From the NCBI GenBank assembly GCA_964454995.1, contig CAYVTY010000001.1:38033-102032 (forward strand): a stretch of DNA of 64,000 bases, written 5' to 3'. The notes beneath the pieces are model-generated. The model was not told the DNA's origin. It saw only the letters and a list, made by a program, of their open reading frames with translations, and searched no databases. This document shows, in pieces, positions 21,355-30,801 of this stretch (within the stretch, counting starts at the first letter, position 1; every line of letters begins with the position of its first letter). Made by a program: the position numbers and the translations under genes. This DNA comes from an uncultured Methanoregula sp. GTDB lineage: Archaea; Halobacteriota; Methanomicrobia; Methanomicrobiales; Methanospirillaceae.

Positions 21355-22287
21355 TTACATTGATCTCTCTCTATATTCAATTCTTGTTGCAAGATATTTT
21401 AGTATTTTAGGTACTGCGAAAGGGAACAAATAGAAATATAAAATAAACAGACGGAGATAATCCCCTCTTGTACATGATGCAGATTCATACGCGATACGGT
21501 TGAGAATAACATCACATTTTGCAGACTGGATCCTGCAGCACAACAGTATCCTCGAAGTCACCGTGATCCGTCGCGTTTTTTGCAAAAATAGTTTCAACCG
21601 GCGCAAAACGGTCAATACGCTCCTGTGATACTTTACATACGATTTTGATTCCCTGCACTGGACACTTTCAGGGTTAATCGTGTATTGGAACGATGGCTGT
21701 GGATCAAACCAGATACGTGAGATTGCAGCAAATCTCGCTGAGAAATCATAATCCTCGCATATCTGCAGGTCTGCACCCACATAATAATTTCCTGTAACTT
21801 CCAGCAATGATGCACGGATTACACAAGAGGAGGTTACGACAAAATCTCTCATTATTTCCTGGTTCAGCATATTCTTTTTATTTTTGACGTTCCTGTTGAG
21901 GTATAACATTTTCCGTCCATAATTCTGTTCCACATAACCATTGCTGCACACTAACCCGATATCCGGATTTTCTTCCAGAACTTCAACCTGTCGTGACAGT
22001 TTCTCTGGAAACCATATGTCATCATCATCAAGGAATGCAATGTATTTTCCATGGGCGTTTTTCATACCTGCATTCCGTGATTCGGCCGGGTAAGGAGTCT
22101 GCGGGATCCTGATATAATGTACCCGGTCTCCAAAATCCTGTAATATCAGTTCAGCATTCCCACAATCATCAACAACAATAACTTCACAGGGAGAATATAT
22201 CTGAGCGAGAACGCTTTTTACTGCTCGCACCAGCAGGCTGTTCCGATTATGTGTAGGAATGACAACGCTGACAAGGGGGCCGGACAT
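21355..22287 (-). CDS. Glycosyltransferase family 2
   Basis: VSVVIPTHNR, VIVVDD, SRNAG, IAFLDDDD.W...KL..Q, EDYDF. Confidence 0.92.
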   Translation of the reverse strand: MSGPLVSVVIPTHNRNSLLVRAVKSVLAQIYSPCEVIVVDDCGNAELILQDFGDRVHYIRIPQTPYPAESRNAGMKNAHGKYIAFLDDDDIWFPEKLSRQVEVLEENPDIGLVCSNGYVEQNYGRKMLYLNRNVKNKKNMLNQEIMRDFVVTSSCVIRASLLEVTGNYYVGADLQICEDYDFSARFAAISRIWFDPQPSFQYTINPESVQCRESKSYVKYHRSVLTVLRRLKLFLQKTRRITVTSRILLCCRIQSAKCDVILNRIAYESASCTRGDYLRLFILYFYLFPFAVPKILKYLATRIEYRERSM

Positions 22288-22411
22288 AGGATGCTATCCT
22301 GTAAAAAGGGGAACTGTTTTTTTTATTCTATTGGATCCCTGTTTACAAAAATCTATTCGAACGATACACATTTGAAGATATGAAAAAAATATTAAAGGAG
22401 TGACAATAACA

Positions 22412-23284
22412 ATGCTGACATTTTTTTCTGTTCCCAAACCATTCACCGGTAACATCGCGATTCTCCAGAAAAATGCGATCCGTAGTTGGAAACAGGTCTG
22501 CCCGGATTGTGAGATCCTTTTGTTTGGCGATGAACCCGGGATCAAAGAGGCGGCAGAGGAATATGGTGTGCGCCACATTCCGGAAGTTAAAAAAAATACC
22601 TATGGGACACCGACCCTGGATGATATTTTCGACCAGGCCCGGAAATTGTCCAGACACGATATCGTATGTTATATCAACTGTGATATTATCCTGACAGGCG
22701 ATATCATCGAAGCGTTAAAACGGATTCCCTTTAAAAAATATCTGCTCGTCGGCCAGAGAACGAATCTCGATATTGATACAGAACTGGGTTTTAATGAAAA
22801 CTGGGAGCATGATTTGCGACAGCAAGCCCGGATACGCGGAGTGCATGAAGGCAAGATGGGAATCGATTATTTCATGTATCCCAAAAAATCCATTGCCAAC
22901 GTGCTGCCTTTTGCCGTCGGAAGGCGCGGTTGGGACAACTGGTTTATTTACAATGCAAGAAAGCAGGGAATCCCGGTTATCGATTGTACTCCGGCGGTGC
23001 TTGTCGTGCACCAGAACCATGGTTACGGTCACATCAGGCAGAAGACAGGCACCCGGTGGGAGGGACCTGAATCGGATATCAACCTGAACCTGATTGGAAA
23101 CCCGGCATATCTCTGGGACCTTGATGACGCAGACTGGACATTATCAGAAGAAGGCGTTACCAAAAAACCGTTCAGTTTATTGGGGATTTACCGGTATTTC
23201 ATACTGCATTCCCCGGGAATCTTTTTACCCACCATCACCGGAATCGCTTCGGGGATTGTGAAAATGAAAAAAAGGGGGATTTGA
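22412..23284 (+). CDS. Putative GT-A fold glycosyltransferase
   Basis: PKPF, QKNAIRSW, YINCDII, FAVGRRGWDNW, HQNH; AAGGAG SD before ATG 22412. Confidence 0.65.
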   Translation: MLTFFSVPKPFTGNIAILQKNAIRSWKQVCPDCEILLFGDEPGIKEAAEEYGVRHIPEVKKNTYGTPTLDDIFDQARKLSRHDIVCYINCDIILTGDIIEALKRIPFKKYLLVGQRTNLDIDTELGFNENWEHDLRQQARIRGVHEGKMGIDYFMYPKKSIANVLPFAVGRRGWDNWFIYNARKQGIPVIDCTPAVLVVHQNHGYGHIRQKTGTRWEGPESDINLNLIGNPAYLWDLDDADWTLSEEGVTKKPFSLLGIYRYFILHSPGIFLPTITGIASGIVKMKKRGI

Positions 23285-23326
23285 AAGGCTGAAGAAGGGA
23301 TTTGAAAGGCTGAAGAAGGGATTTGA
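23276..23326 (+). repeat. 21-bp tandem repeat, about 2.4 copies
   Basis: GGGATTTGAAAGGCTGAAGAA x2 followed by GGGATTTGA, starting over the stop codon of the upstream gene. Confidence 0.9.
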
Positions 23327-23518
23327 CAGTCAACATTCATATGAAAAACCCGAAATGAAATTCCTTGTTAAATGCAGCCAAGAAAATCCTCATCGTAAAC
23401 AACTATGACATCTCTGGCCAGGCGGGTCCGGGCAGCGTACCGCTTGCATAAGAAAATACTATCAAGTGGTGTTGAATCTCAAATGCTATAAGAAAAAGAA
23501 AATTTCCGGTTTTGGGAA

Positions 23519-24235
23519 TTAAATCCTGTATCCAGCACTCTGTGCATCGGAGTAAAACATCTGCACGGTTTCAAGCGACAACTGGTCGAGATCTTTACCC
23601 ACCTGCGGGACTTTCTTTAAGATATCATTCGTGATCGTGATGATATGGCACCCACAGGATTCGGCCTGGATGAGATTCAGCAGCTCACGAGTGCTTGCCC
23701 AGAGCAATTCGGCTTTCGGGTTGGACTTGAGGACCTTGACCGCATCTTTCATTATTGGCATGGGATCTCTTCCCGTATCTGCGATACGGCCGGCAAAAAT
23801 CGAAACGATGCTCGGGGTATCCGGGGAAAGGGCCTTTGCAACCGTCTTTACCTGCTCAAGGGTCAGGATGGCAGTAACGTTCAGTTTCAGGCCATCGTGG
23901 GAGAGTTTTTTCACGAGCGACGCCGTACTTTCGCCTTTGGTATTTGTCACGGGGATCTTAATGTAGACGTTCTTTCCCCAGCCAGCGATCTTCCGGGCTT
24001 CGCGTTCCATGCCGGGCAGGTCGTCAGAAAAAACTTCAAATGAGATAGGAAGATCCGGAATCGCTTTGAGGGCAGCCTTTGCAAACTCTTCATAACTTTT
24101 GACCCCGGCTTTTTTCATGAGAGTGGGATTTGTAGTAAAACCGCTTGCAATCCCTTTTTTGTATTCCTCGATCATGCCGTCGAGATCGGCTCCATCAGCA
24201 TAGAGCTTGATTTTAAACTGTGATAATCCGGTCAT
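23519..24235 (-). CDS. tal: Transaldolase (small type)
   Basis: ADGA, GFTTNPTL, ISFEV (Glu), YIKIP (Schiff-base Lys), NVT, SIFAGR (Phe), WASTRE. Confidence 0.9.
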   Translation of the reverse strand: MTGLSQFKIKLYADGADLDGMIEEYKKGIASGFTTNPTLMKKAGVKSYEEFAKAALKAIPDLPISFEVFSDDLPGMEREARKIAGWGKNVYIKIPVTNTKGESTASLVKKLSHDGLKLNVTAILTLEQVKTVAKALSPDTPSIVSIFAGRIADTGRDPMPIMKDAVKVLKSNPKAELLWASTRELLNLIQAESCGCHIITITNDILKKVPQVGKDLDQLSLETVQMFYSDAQSAGYRI

Positions 24236-24650
24236 GGTATTACTTCCAGTTCACCTTTTTTTGTCCTGATTATGTAGAAGTATCTGTTCTGCACCATTAA
24301 GATTCATTGCTTTGTATTTCAGCGATTTAACTCGTTCATGTGCCGTTGTCTTATTAGCCAGACTTAACCAAAAAAACATGATACGATAATCTTACAGAAT
24401 TGCATGAGAAAAACGCTAAACAACCCTCTTGTCAGATTTGGAGAGGGATGGTATGGGGGATGGTACTCCCACCTGTTCCTGATTGGGGGCAGGAGGTCGA
24501 GCTCTCCCGCACACATCCGGGCCCGTATGAAGCCCCGTTTTCCTGATAAAGTATGTGGTGAACAATGTTTGACAGGTGTCCTGTACACTGCGGGAAAAAA
24601 GTCGAAAAATGTTAGTTAAAATTGAAAATAACGCAAATTTAAAGGCGCAA

Positions 24651-24674
24651 TATTTTCTCTTTAACGGTGTTCTG
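24651..24674 (+). repeat. Dispersed intergenic repeat, copy 1
   Basis: TATTTTCTCTTTAACGGTGTTCTG, identical to 38495-38518. Confidence 0.85.
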
Positions 24675-24744
24675 GAAAGGGGGGTCTCGCATACATTGGA
24701 TTCTTTGCGCCCCACGAGATCGGGTAAAAAATACCCCTCCAGAG

Positions 24745-25335
24745 TCATATTTTTTTGCCAGAGGTCCGGATTATTATCCGTACCGCATCCTGAAGATTTT
24801 CAGCCAGGGAATCCGGGTTTTCCGAACCACGATATCCAGCAGAATGTGGATCCTTGATAAGGATCGTCCGGGCCCCTGCTGCTTTCCCACACGCGACATC
24901 GGAGTCCCGATCGCCAACCATCCATGAAACCGCAAGATCGATCCCATAGTCCCGGGCCGCTTTCAACAGGAAATAGGGCTTTGGTTTCCGGCATTCGCAC
25001 GCGAATGAATATTCCGGTACGATCCCGTTGGGATGATGGTAACAGTAATAGTAGTCCCGGAACAGAATCCCTTCGGATTTCATAATTTGTTCGAGTCTGT
25101 TATGCACAGCCCGAATCTGTTCCAGCGTCGTTTTCCCTTTTGCGTAATCCGGCTGGTTGGAGACGAGAAACAGATCAAACCCTGCATTCTGAAGATCCAA
25201 GAGAGACCTGATTGCATCGGGAAATAATACCAGATCATTCGCAGAATGGGGCGGCTCGTACTCCCCGGTGCCCGTGTTCAGCACAAGCCTGTTGATGACA
25301 CCATCTCTATCGAGAAACACTGCCGGTTTCATCAT
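24745..25335 (-). CDS. gmhB: D-glycero-D-manno-heptose 1,7-bisphosphate phosphatase (HAD)
   Basis: AVFLDRDGVIN, VSNQ, CYHHP...CECRKPKP, MVGDRDSD. Confidence 0.9.
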   Translation of the reverse strand: MMKPAVFLDRDGVINRLVLNTGTGEYEPPHSANDLVLFPDAIRSLLDLQNAGFDLFLVSNQPDYAKGKTTLEQIRAVHNRLEQIMKSEGILFRDYYYCYHHPNGIVPEYSFACECRKPKPYFLLKAARDYGIDLAVSWMVGDRDSDVACGKAAGARTILIKDPHSAGYRGSENPDSLAENLQDAVRIIIRTSGKKI

Positions 25336-25346
25336 CAAAAAGAAAA

Positions 25347-25955
25347 TTATTTCGTACTTTCCCACTTCATCTCAAATTTCTGCATCGCCGGGCTTGAGAC
25401 AATCAGGTGCCAGACAACGGCCTGGAACGCTTCCGTCTGGGGGGTCACGGTCTTCTCGTTCACGGTCGGGATAATCACGCAGGCATCGGCAACTTTTGCC
25501 GTGTAGCCACCGTCACGTCCCACAACACCGATAACTTTTGCACCGGTCTCCTTTGCATACCGCAGGGCATTAACCAATGTCACGCTGACATTCTTGTCTG
25601 CATTCCCACCACCGACAGAAAAAACAAAGATGCAGTCCTTCGCAGTGAGCCTGCTCCCTTTGAGCCAGCTCTCAAAAACCGTCTCCCAGCCGTCATCGTT
25701 GACACGGGCGGTGAGCTCCGAAACGTTATCGGTCGGTGCATAGGATTCGATCCCGGCGATCTTCCGGAAATCGTTTACCGCGTGGGATGCATGGCCGGCT
25801 CCCCCACCGACACCGAGAATGAAGAGGCGCCCTCCAGTTTTTCGGACGCCCTGAAGAATGTCGGACATTTTTTTGATCTGGCCCTGATCGATTTTCCGGA
25901 TTATCGTTACAGCGTCATCGAGAAATGCGGAAATATAATTATCTTCGACCGTCAT
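25347..25955 (-). CDS. gmhA: Sedoheptulose-7-phosphate isomerase (SIS domain)
   Basis: GVGGGAGHASHAVNDF, TARVNDDG, SVGGG, GRDGG, EAFQAVVWH. Confidence 0.85.
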   Translation of the reverse strand: MTVEDNYISAFLDDAVTIIRKIDQGQIKKMSDILQGVRKTGGRLFILGVGGGAGHASHAVNDFRKIAGIESYAPTDNVSELTARVNDDGWETVFESWLKGSRLTAKDCIFVFSVGGGNADKNVSVTLVNALRYAKETGAKVIGVVGRDGGYTAKVADACVIIPTVNEKTVTPQTEAFQAVVWHLIVSSPAMQKFEMKWESTK

Positions 25956-25957
25956 TT

Positions 25958-26674
25958 TCACTCCAGATAATGATTTGGTTTTCGTTTCCTGATATATTCT
26001 TCAGTTTCCCGGATTCCAGATATCGACCCGATCTCGTAGAAGCGTTTTGTGACTTCATATCCCTGGACTTGCCCGGCTTCAACCAGCCGGGAAAGGACTA
26101 ACGAGAGATCAAAGGACTCATTTGCCGGATATTCATCGAAAACATCCTTCCGGATCGCAATGAGTCCGTAATCGATGTATTCCATCGCCGGGTCACGGGA
26201 TTTTTTATCATACCTGACAATTTTCCCGGCCTTCATGACGATGTTGCTCGTATCAAACGTGTTCCGGTTCCGGTACACGGTCATCAGGGCCGTAAGAGTA
26301 CCCACATTAAACTGCTGTACGACAGACGAAAAATCGATATCGAGATAGGAATCGCCGTACAGGATCATGAACGCATCCGGCAGCATACCGGCTGCCTTTT
26401 TGATTGCACCGCCGGTCCCCAGGAGAACATTCCCATCATAAGAGTACCAAACTTCCAACCCGAACCGGGAGCCGTCGCCAACGTGTGCTTCGATCATATC
26501 GCCAAAGTTTCCCACACAGAGCATCACCTGAGTCACGCCTTTTTCTTTCAGGAGCTCCAGCTGGTGATCGATAAAGGGCCGGCCGTCGATCACAATAAGG
26601 GATTTGGGGATTTTCCGGGTAACCGGATACAGGCGGGTGGCAAGCCCCCCTGCAAGAATAACGACAGGCAGCAT
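25958..26674 (-). CDS. Sugar-1-phosphate nucleotidyltransferase (HddC-like heptose-1-P guanylyltransferase)
   Basis: ILAGGLATRL.P....PKSL, LGTGGA, YGDSY, FYEIGS; inside the heptose operon. Confidence 0.85.
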   Translation of the reverse strand: MLPVVILAGGLATRLYPVTRKIPKSLIVIDGRPFIDHQLELLKEKGVTQVMLCVGNFGDMIEAHVGDGSRFGLEVWYSYDGNVLLGTGGAIKKAAGMLPDAFMILYGDSYLDIDFSSVVQQFNVGTLTALMTVYRNRNTFDTSNIVMKAGKIVRYDKKSRDPAMEYIDYGLIAIRKDVFDEYPANESFDLSLVLSRLVEAGQVQGYEVTKRFYEIGSISGIRETEEYIRKRKPNHYLE

Positions 26675-27657
26675 TACGATGTCGTCACCACTTTGCTACC
26701 GTCAAAGTCAAACCGGAACCGGACTTCCTGGAGCCCTTCGCGGGCCATGACCTTGCGAAGTTTCTTGTTGTCTTCTGCATAAAACATCAGGAATCCACCG
26801 CCGCCGGCACCGATGAGTTTTCCTCCAAGCGCACCGTTTTTCATGGCAATATCGTACCATGTATTGATCCGGTCATTGCTCATCGCGTTCGAGCGCTGCT
26901 TCTTGTGCTCCCAGTGAACGTTCATGATACGGGCAAATTCTTCGAGATCTCCCTGTTCGAATGCCGTTTTGCTCTTGTAACCGAGCTCTTTAACAAAGTG
27001 CAGGTTTTCGATCATGGAGATGTCGTTGCTCTTGCTTTTGTCGTCCTGTTCCCTGAGGACATTTGATGCAGATCTAGAGTAACCAGTGAAAAAGAGCAGA
27101 AGGTGGTCTTCGAGATTGTAAAGGGTTTCAGGGCATATATTGAGTTTTTCCGTTTTTACCCGGTTATCTTTACAGAATGTAAAACAGTTTATTCCGCCAT
27201 ATGCAGAAATATATTGATCTTGTTTTCCGATAGGTTCATGAAGGAGATCCATTTCTATATGACAGGCTTGTTCTGCCAGATCAGCTGGTGAAATAAAATT
27301 TTTCTTGTGCGTATGAAGTGCTTTAAGAAGCGAACAGGTAAAACTGCTTGATGAACCCAGACCGGTTCCCGCCGGGATATCCGCAAGACTCGCGATTTCC
27401 AGATTCCGGGCGTCAAACTCCAGTAATTTTAACGCTTCGCGGATGATGGGATGTTTGATCTCATCGAGACTCCTGACTTCTTCCATTTTTGAATATTTTA
27501 CGATGAGATAATCGACGAATGTATCGTGCAGGTTGATATAGACATATTTGTCGATCGCTGCGGCGATCAAAAAACCTTCGTATTTCTGGTAATACGAAGG
27601 CAGATCCGTTCCTCCGCCCCCAAGCGAAATTCTCAATGGACTCCGGGTAATAATCAT
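26674..27657 (-). CDS. hddA: D-glycero-alpha-D-manno-heptose-7-phosphate kinase (GHMP family)
   Basis: SPLRISLGGGGTD, PAGTGLGSSS, IGKQDQY, GGKLIGAGGGGF. Confidence 0.9.
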   Translation of the reverse strand: MIITRSPLRISLGGGGTDLPSYYQKYEGFLIAAAIDKYVYINLHDTFVDYLIVKYSKMEEVRSLDEIKHPIIREALKLLEFDARNLEIASLADIPAGTGLGSSSSFTCSLLKALHTHKKNFISPADLAEQACHIEMDLLHEPIGKQDQYISAYGGINCFTFCKDNRVKTEKLNICPETLYNLEDHLLLFFTGYSRSASNVLREQDDKSKSNDISMIENLHFVKELGYKSKTAFEQGDLEEFARIMNVHWEHKKQRSNAMSNDRINTWYDIAMKNGALGGKLIGAGGGGFLMFYAEDNKKLRKVMAREGLQEVRFRFDFDGSKVVTTS

Positions 27658-28643
27658 ATATTCACCTTAAAATTGCATTTCTCATACACTTTCTCGACAA
27701 TATCCAGTGCTTTTTTGGCATCACGTATATTCCCCTCAGGCTCTTTGTGCATTTCGATCGACCGGATGAATTCATTCACTTCGAGACTCCATGAATTATC
27801 CGGGAATGGATACTCCCATATGGTTGTTTCCGGCGGGCCCATCACGGGAAGCATTTTGTAAAGGCATAATCGTTCCGTGCCATAACTCCCGCCAAGGCCA
27901 TCAATCATGAGTTTTCCCGTCTTTCCATAAATTTCAAAGGAAAACATATTCTTCCACTCCGTGCAGCTGACGTGGAGCCATGCAATTTGATCGTTTGGAC
28001 TTTTCAGCATCAGGAATGCATTATCGTCGACCGGCATATCCCAGAAATACGTATGGGCAAAACCATCTGCAAGGTCAAGGTCACCGAGGAACCATCGTGA
28101 CAGATCGATCAGGTGAACCCCCTGGTCGATAAGTTCACCCCCTCCGGATTTTTCAGGATTTGAACGCCACTCTTTTTCGTATCCGCGCCGGCCACCATGC
28201 CCATACCGGCCGCGAATGAACATCAACGGTCCGATCTCTCCTGAATCCACCAGTTGTTTTGCCTTTTGCAATGCGGGATGAAACCGGTGATTGAATCCCA
28301 CTTTAACAAAAACATTATTTCGTTTCGCTGTTTCGATGATCGGGATAAGTTCTTCCGGATTCCTGCCCGCGGGTTTCTCTACCAGTACATGCTTTTTGGC
28401 AGCGACCGCGTCCAGGGCAATTTTTGCGAGAAAATCGTTTGTGGTTGAAATAAAGATGAGATCGATCTTGTCGTTATTCAACGCGTCATGGTAATCTGTA
28501 CTTGCCGAGTTACAATTTTTGAGCTGCGCAACTTCCCGAGCGCGTTCCAGAAAGGGATCCACGGCTATTACGAGTTCATGATTCCCCAAAGCAAGAGCAC
28601 GTTTCTTTCCTACGGCGCCACAACCAATTATCCCGACTTTCAC
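27654..28643 (-). CDS. Gfo/Idh/MocA family oxidoreductase
   Basis: GIIGCGAVG, HVLVEKP, VGFNHRFHP, GGGELIDQGVH. Confidence 0.92.
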   Translation of the reverse strand: MKVGIIGCGAVGKKRALALGNHELVIAVDPFLERAREVAQLKNCNSASTDYHDALNNDKIDLIFISTTNDFLAKIALDAVAAKKHVLVEKPAGRNPEELIPIIETAKRNNVFVKVGFNHRFHPALQKAKQLVDSGEIGPLMFIRGRYGHGGRRGYEKEWRSNPEKSGGGELIDQGVHLIDLSRWFLGDLDLADGFAHTYFWDMPVDDNAFLMLKSPNDQIAWLHVSCTEWKNMFSFEIYGKTGKLMIDGLGGSYGTERLCLYKMLPVMGPPETTIWEYPFPDNSWSLEVNEFIRSIEMHKEPEGNIRDAKKALDIVEKVYEKCNFKVNI

Positions 28644-28645
28644 GT

Positions 28646-29512
28646 TTAGATCCCCCAGTTTTTACCGCGATCTTTCTCAACAATCCTTCTTAAGGTATAG
28701 ATGTCGGAATTTCTCAGATCATCGCGGTACTGCGCGAGGTTTTGCCATGGATCCCAGGGAGCACTGATCAATTTGCCGGTTATCCCGTCACTGGCAGGAG
28801 ATGCCAGGTAAACACAGAGTTCCGCACCTAAGTGCAGGGGTGTCCCGCCATTGGCTTTTTGTTTGAGGGCTTTTTCGTAAAACGCCTTACCCACGACATC
28901 AGGTCCGGATTCCAGAATTTCCTCAAGAAGCCGGGTGTTAAGTGCTCCCGGTGCAACTGCGTTTATATCAATTGCATACTCCCTGCACTCCTCTGCAAGA
29001 GTTTCCGTCAGTCTTACGACTGCAGCCTTGGATGCGGCATAGGCACTTATTCTTGGCAGGGGTGCCGTTGCTCCGCCGCCGGAAAGATTGATTATTTTCC
29101 CGGAATTATTCTTTTTCATATGCGGGAGTATCCCTTTGCACATGAAAAAAACACTTAACAGGTTGATATGGATTGCAGATACCCATTCATCGGAATCAAC
29201 ATCTTCAACGAGTCCCTTTGGCCCATATACCCCGGCATTGTTGACAACGATATCAATCCGTCCCAGTGTCTTGATTGCGGTATTGATCATCTGCTTAACG
29301 TCTTCTTCCTTTGATACATCCAGTGGCAGCCCGATAACGGTTTGTTTTGAGAGTGTGATTTCCCGTAAGGTTTCAACAGCCCGTTCTACCTGAGTTGTAT
29401 CCCGCCCGCAGATTACCACCGATGCCCCTTCGGCAACAAATTTTTTTGCAATTTCAAGACCAAAACCCCGGTTTGCCCCGGTTATAATCGCATTTTTCCC
29501 GGCTAATTTCAT
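28646..29512 (-). CDS. Short-chain dehydrogenase/reductase
   Basis: TGANRGFG, NNAG, LSGGGA, YAASK, NAVAPG. Confidence 0.92.
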   Translation of the reverse strand: MKLAGKNAIITGANRGFGLEIAKKFVAEGASVVICGRDTTQVERAVETLREITLSKQTVIGLPLDVSKEEDVKQMINTAIKTLGRIDIVVNNAGVYGPKGLVEDVDSDEWVSAIHINLLSVFFMCKGILPHMKKNNSGKIINLSGGGATAPLPRISAYAASKAAVVRLTETLAEECREYAIDINAVAPGALNTRLLEEILESGPDVVGKAFYEKALKQKANGGTPLHLGAELCVYLASPASDGITGKLISAPWDPWQNLAQYRDDLRNSDIYTLRRIVEKDRGKNWGI

Positions 29513-30801
29513 GAATAACTCCTCCCTACTGCAAAATATCGCATATTACTCAGATCCTGAATACTTTTTTCGATAAATCCATTGGGATCAACGATGATCT
29601 TTTCCCGGATAATTGATAGTATATTTTCATCCAGTTTCTGGAAATCAGGCCATTCGGTTGCAATAATTATACAATCTGCATCCTTAACCGTATCTGCAAT
29701 TCCCCGTGATAATGAAAAAATATCCTGTAATTCCGGAGGCAGCTCCCGAATCGCCGGATCAAATGCGGTTACTTCAGATCCCTGCTCTTTGAGCCATCCG
29801 CATAATTCAACCGATGCCGATCGGCGAAGTGTATTTGTCCCGGGTTTATACGTCAGCCCCAGAACGGCAATGTGTTTTCCGTCGAGGTTCCCCATCGTTT
29901 CCAGGCACTTTCGCTGAATCCATGTCTTATGAAATTCATTGCTTTCAAGAACGGAATTAATGAGATACATCGGGAGCTGATTTTTTATCCCCATCTTTTG
30001 TAAAAACCGGACATCCCGGGCGAGAGTTCCCCCGGAAAAGGCATTTCCCGGGTTAAGATACGCTTTTGGACCGATCCTTTCTTCAGTTTTTAACCCCCGC
30101 TCAACGTCTTTTGCATTTGCCTCCATACATTCGCACAGGGTCGCAATCTCATTTGCAAAACAGACTGATGTGGCAAGAAAAGCATTGATTGCATGTTTTG
30201 TCATCTCTGCCGATTCTATGCCCATCCATTCCAGCCTGTCGCTGACGGGTGAGAAAACCGGGAGAAATACTTCTTTTTCATCGGGTTCTGTTCCGACTAC
30301 AATCCGATCCGGTTCCAAAAATGTTTTCAGGGCTTTTCCCAGGCGCAAATTTTCCGGGGAGTACGCAAAAAAGACTTTTTTATCAGGATACCTCTCATGG
30401 AATTTTTTAGAAAGTTGTCGCGTGAACCCGACAGGAACTTGGGATGATATGATTATTTTTGTCTGGTTCTGCAAAAATTCCGAGATTATCTCAAAGTTCT
30501 TTTCGATATAATCGGGATCTGCGTTATCCTGTTCGTCCACCGGTGTATCAAATGCAATCCACATTACATCTGTGTCTACCAGTGCAGACACGGGGTCGCA
30601 TGTGAAACTTAACGCTTTTTTCCGGAGATTTTCAAGAATTAGTTCGTTTAATCCGGGCTCTGAAATTGGTGCTCTTGCATTCTGAAGGTTATCAATATTC
30701 TCCCGGTTGAAATCGAGTCCGACAACGGTATGTCCGGATTTTGCAAGACCTGCAGAAATAACCGATCCCAGGTGCCACAATCCAAACACACAGACTCTCA
30801 T
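29509..30801 (-). CDS. UDP-glucose/GDP-mannose 6-dehydrogenase family protein lacking the catalytic Cys
   Basis: GLWHLG, EPGL, DTPV, SPENLR.G, SAEMTKHAINAFLA, LGLTYKPGT..LR, IATEW; FSGGTLARD where GGSCFPKD is expected. Confidence 0.88.
   Translation of the reverse strand: MRVCVFGLWHLGSVISAGLAKSGHTVVGLDFNRENIDNLQNARAPISEPGLNELILENLRKKALSFTCDPVSALVDTDVMWIAFDTPVDEQDNADPDYIEKNFEIISEFLQNQTKIIISSQVPVGFTRQLSKKFHERYPDKKVFFAYSPENLRLGKALKTFLEPDRIVVGTEPDEKEVFLPVFSPVSDRLEWMGIESAEMTKHAINAFLATSVCFANEIATLCECMEANAKDVERGLKTEERIGPKAYLNPGNAFSGGTLARDVRFLQKMGIKNQLPMYLINSVLESNEFHKTWIQRKCLETMGNLDGKHIAVLGLTYKPGTNTLRRSASVELCGWLKEQGSEVTAFDPAIRELPPELQDIFSLSRGIADTVKDADCIIIATEWPDFQKLDENILSIIREKIIVDPNGFIEKSIQDLSNMRYFAVGRSYS

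Noticed and set aside
23276-23326. CRISPR array (contains an ATTTGAAAG-like end)
   Set aside because: Units are directly adjacent with no spacers, and there are no cas genes.
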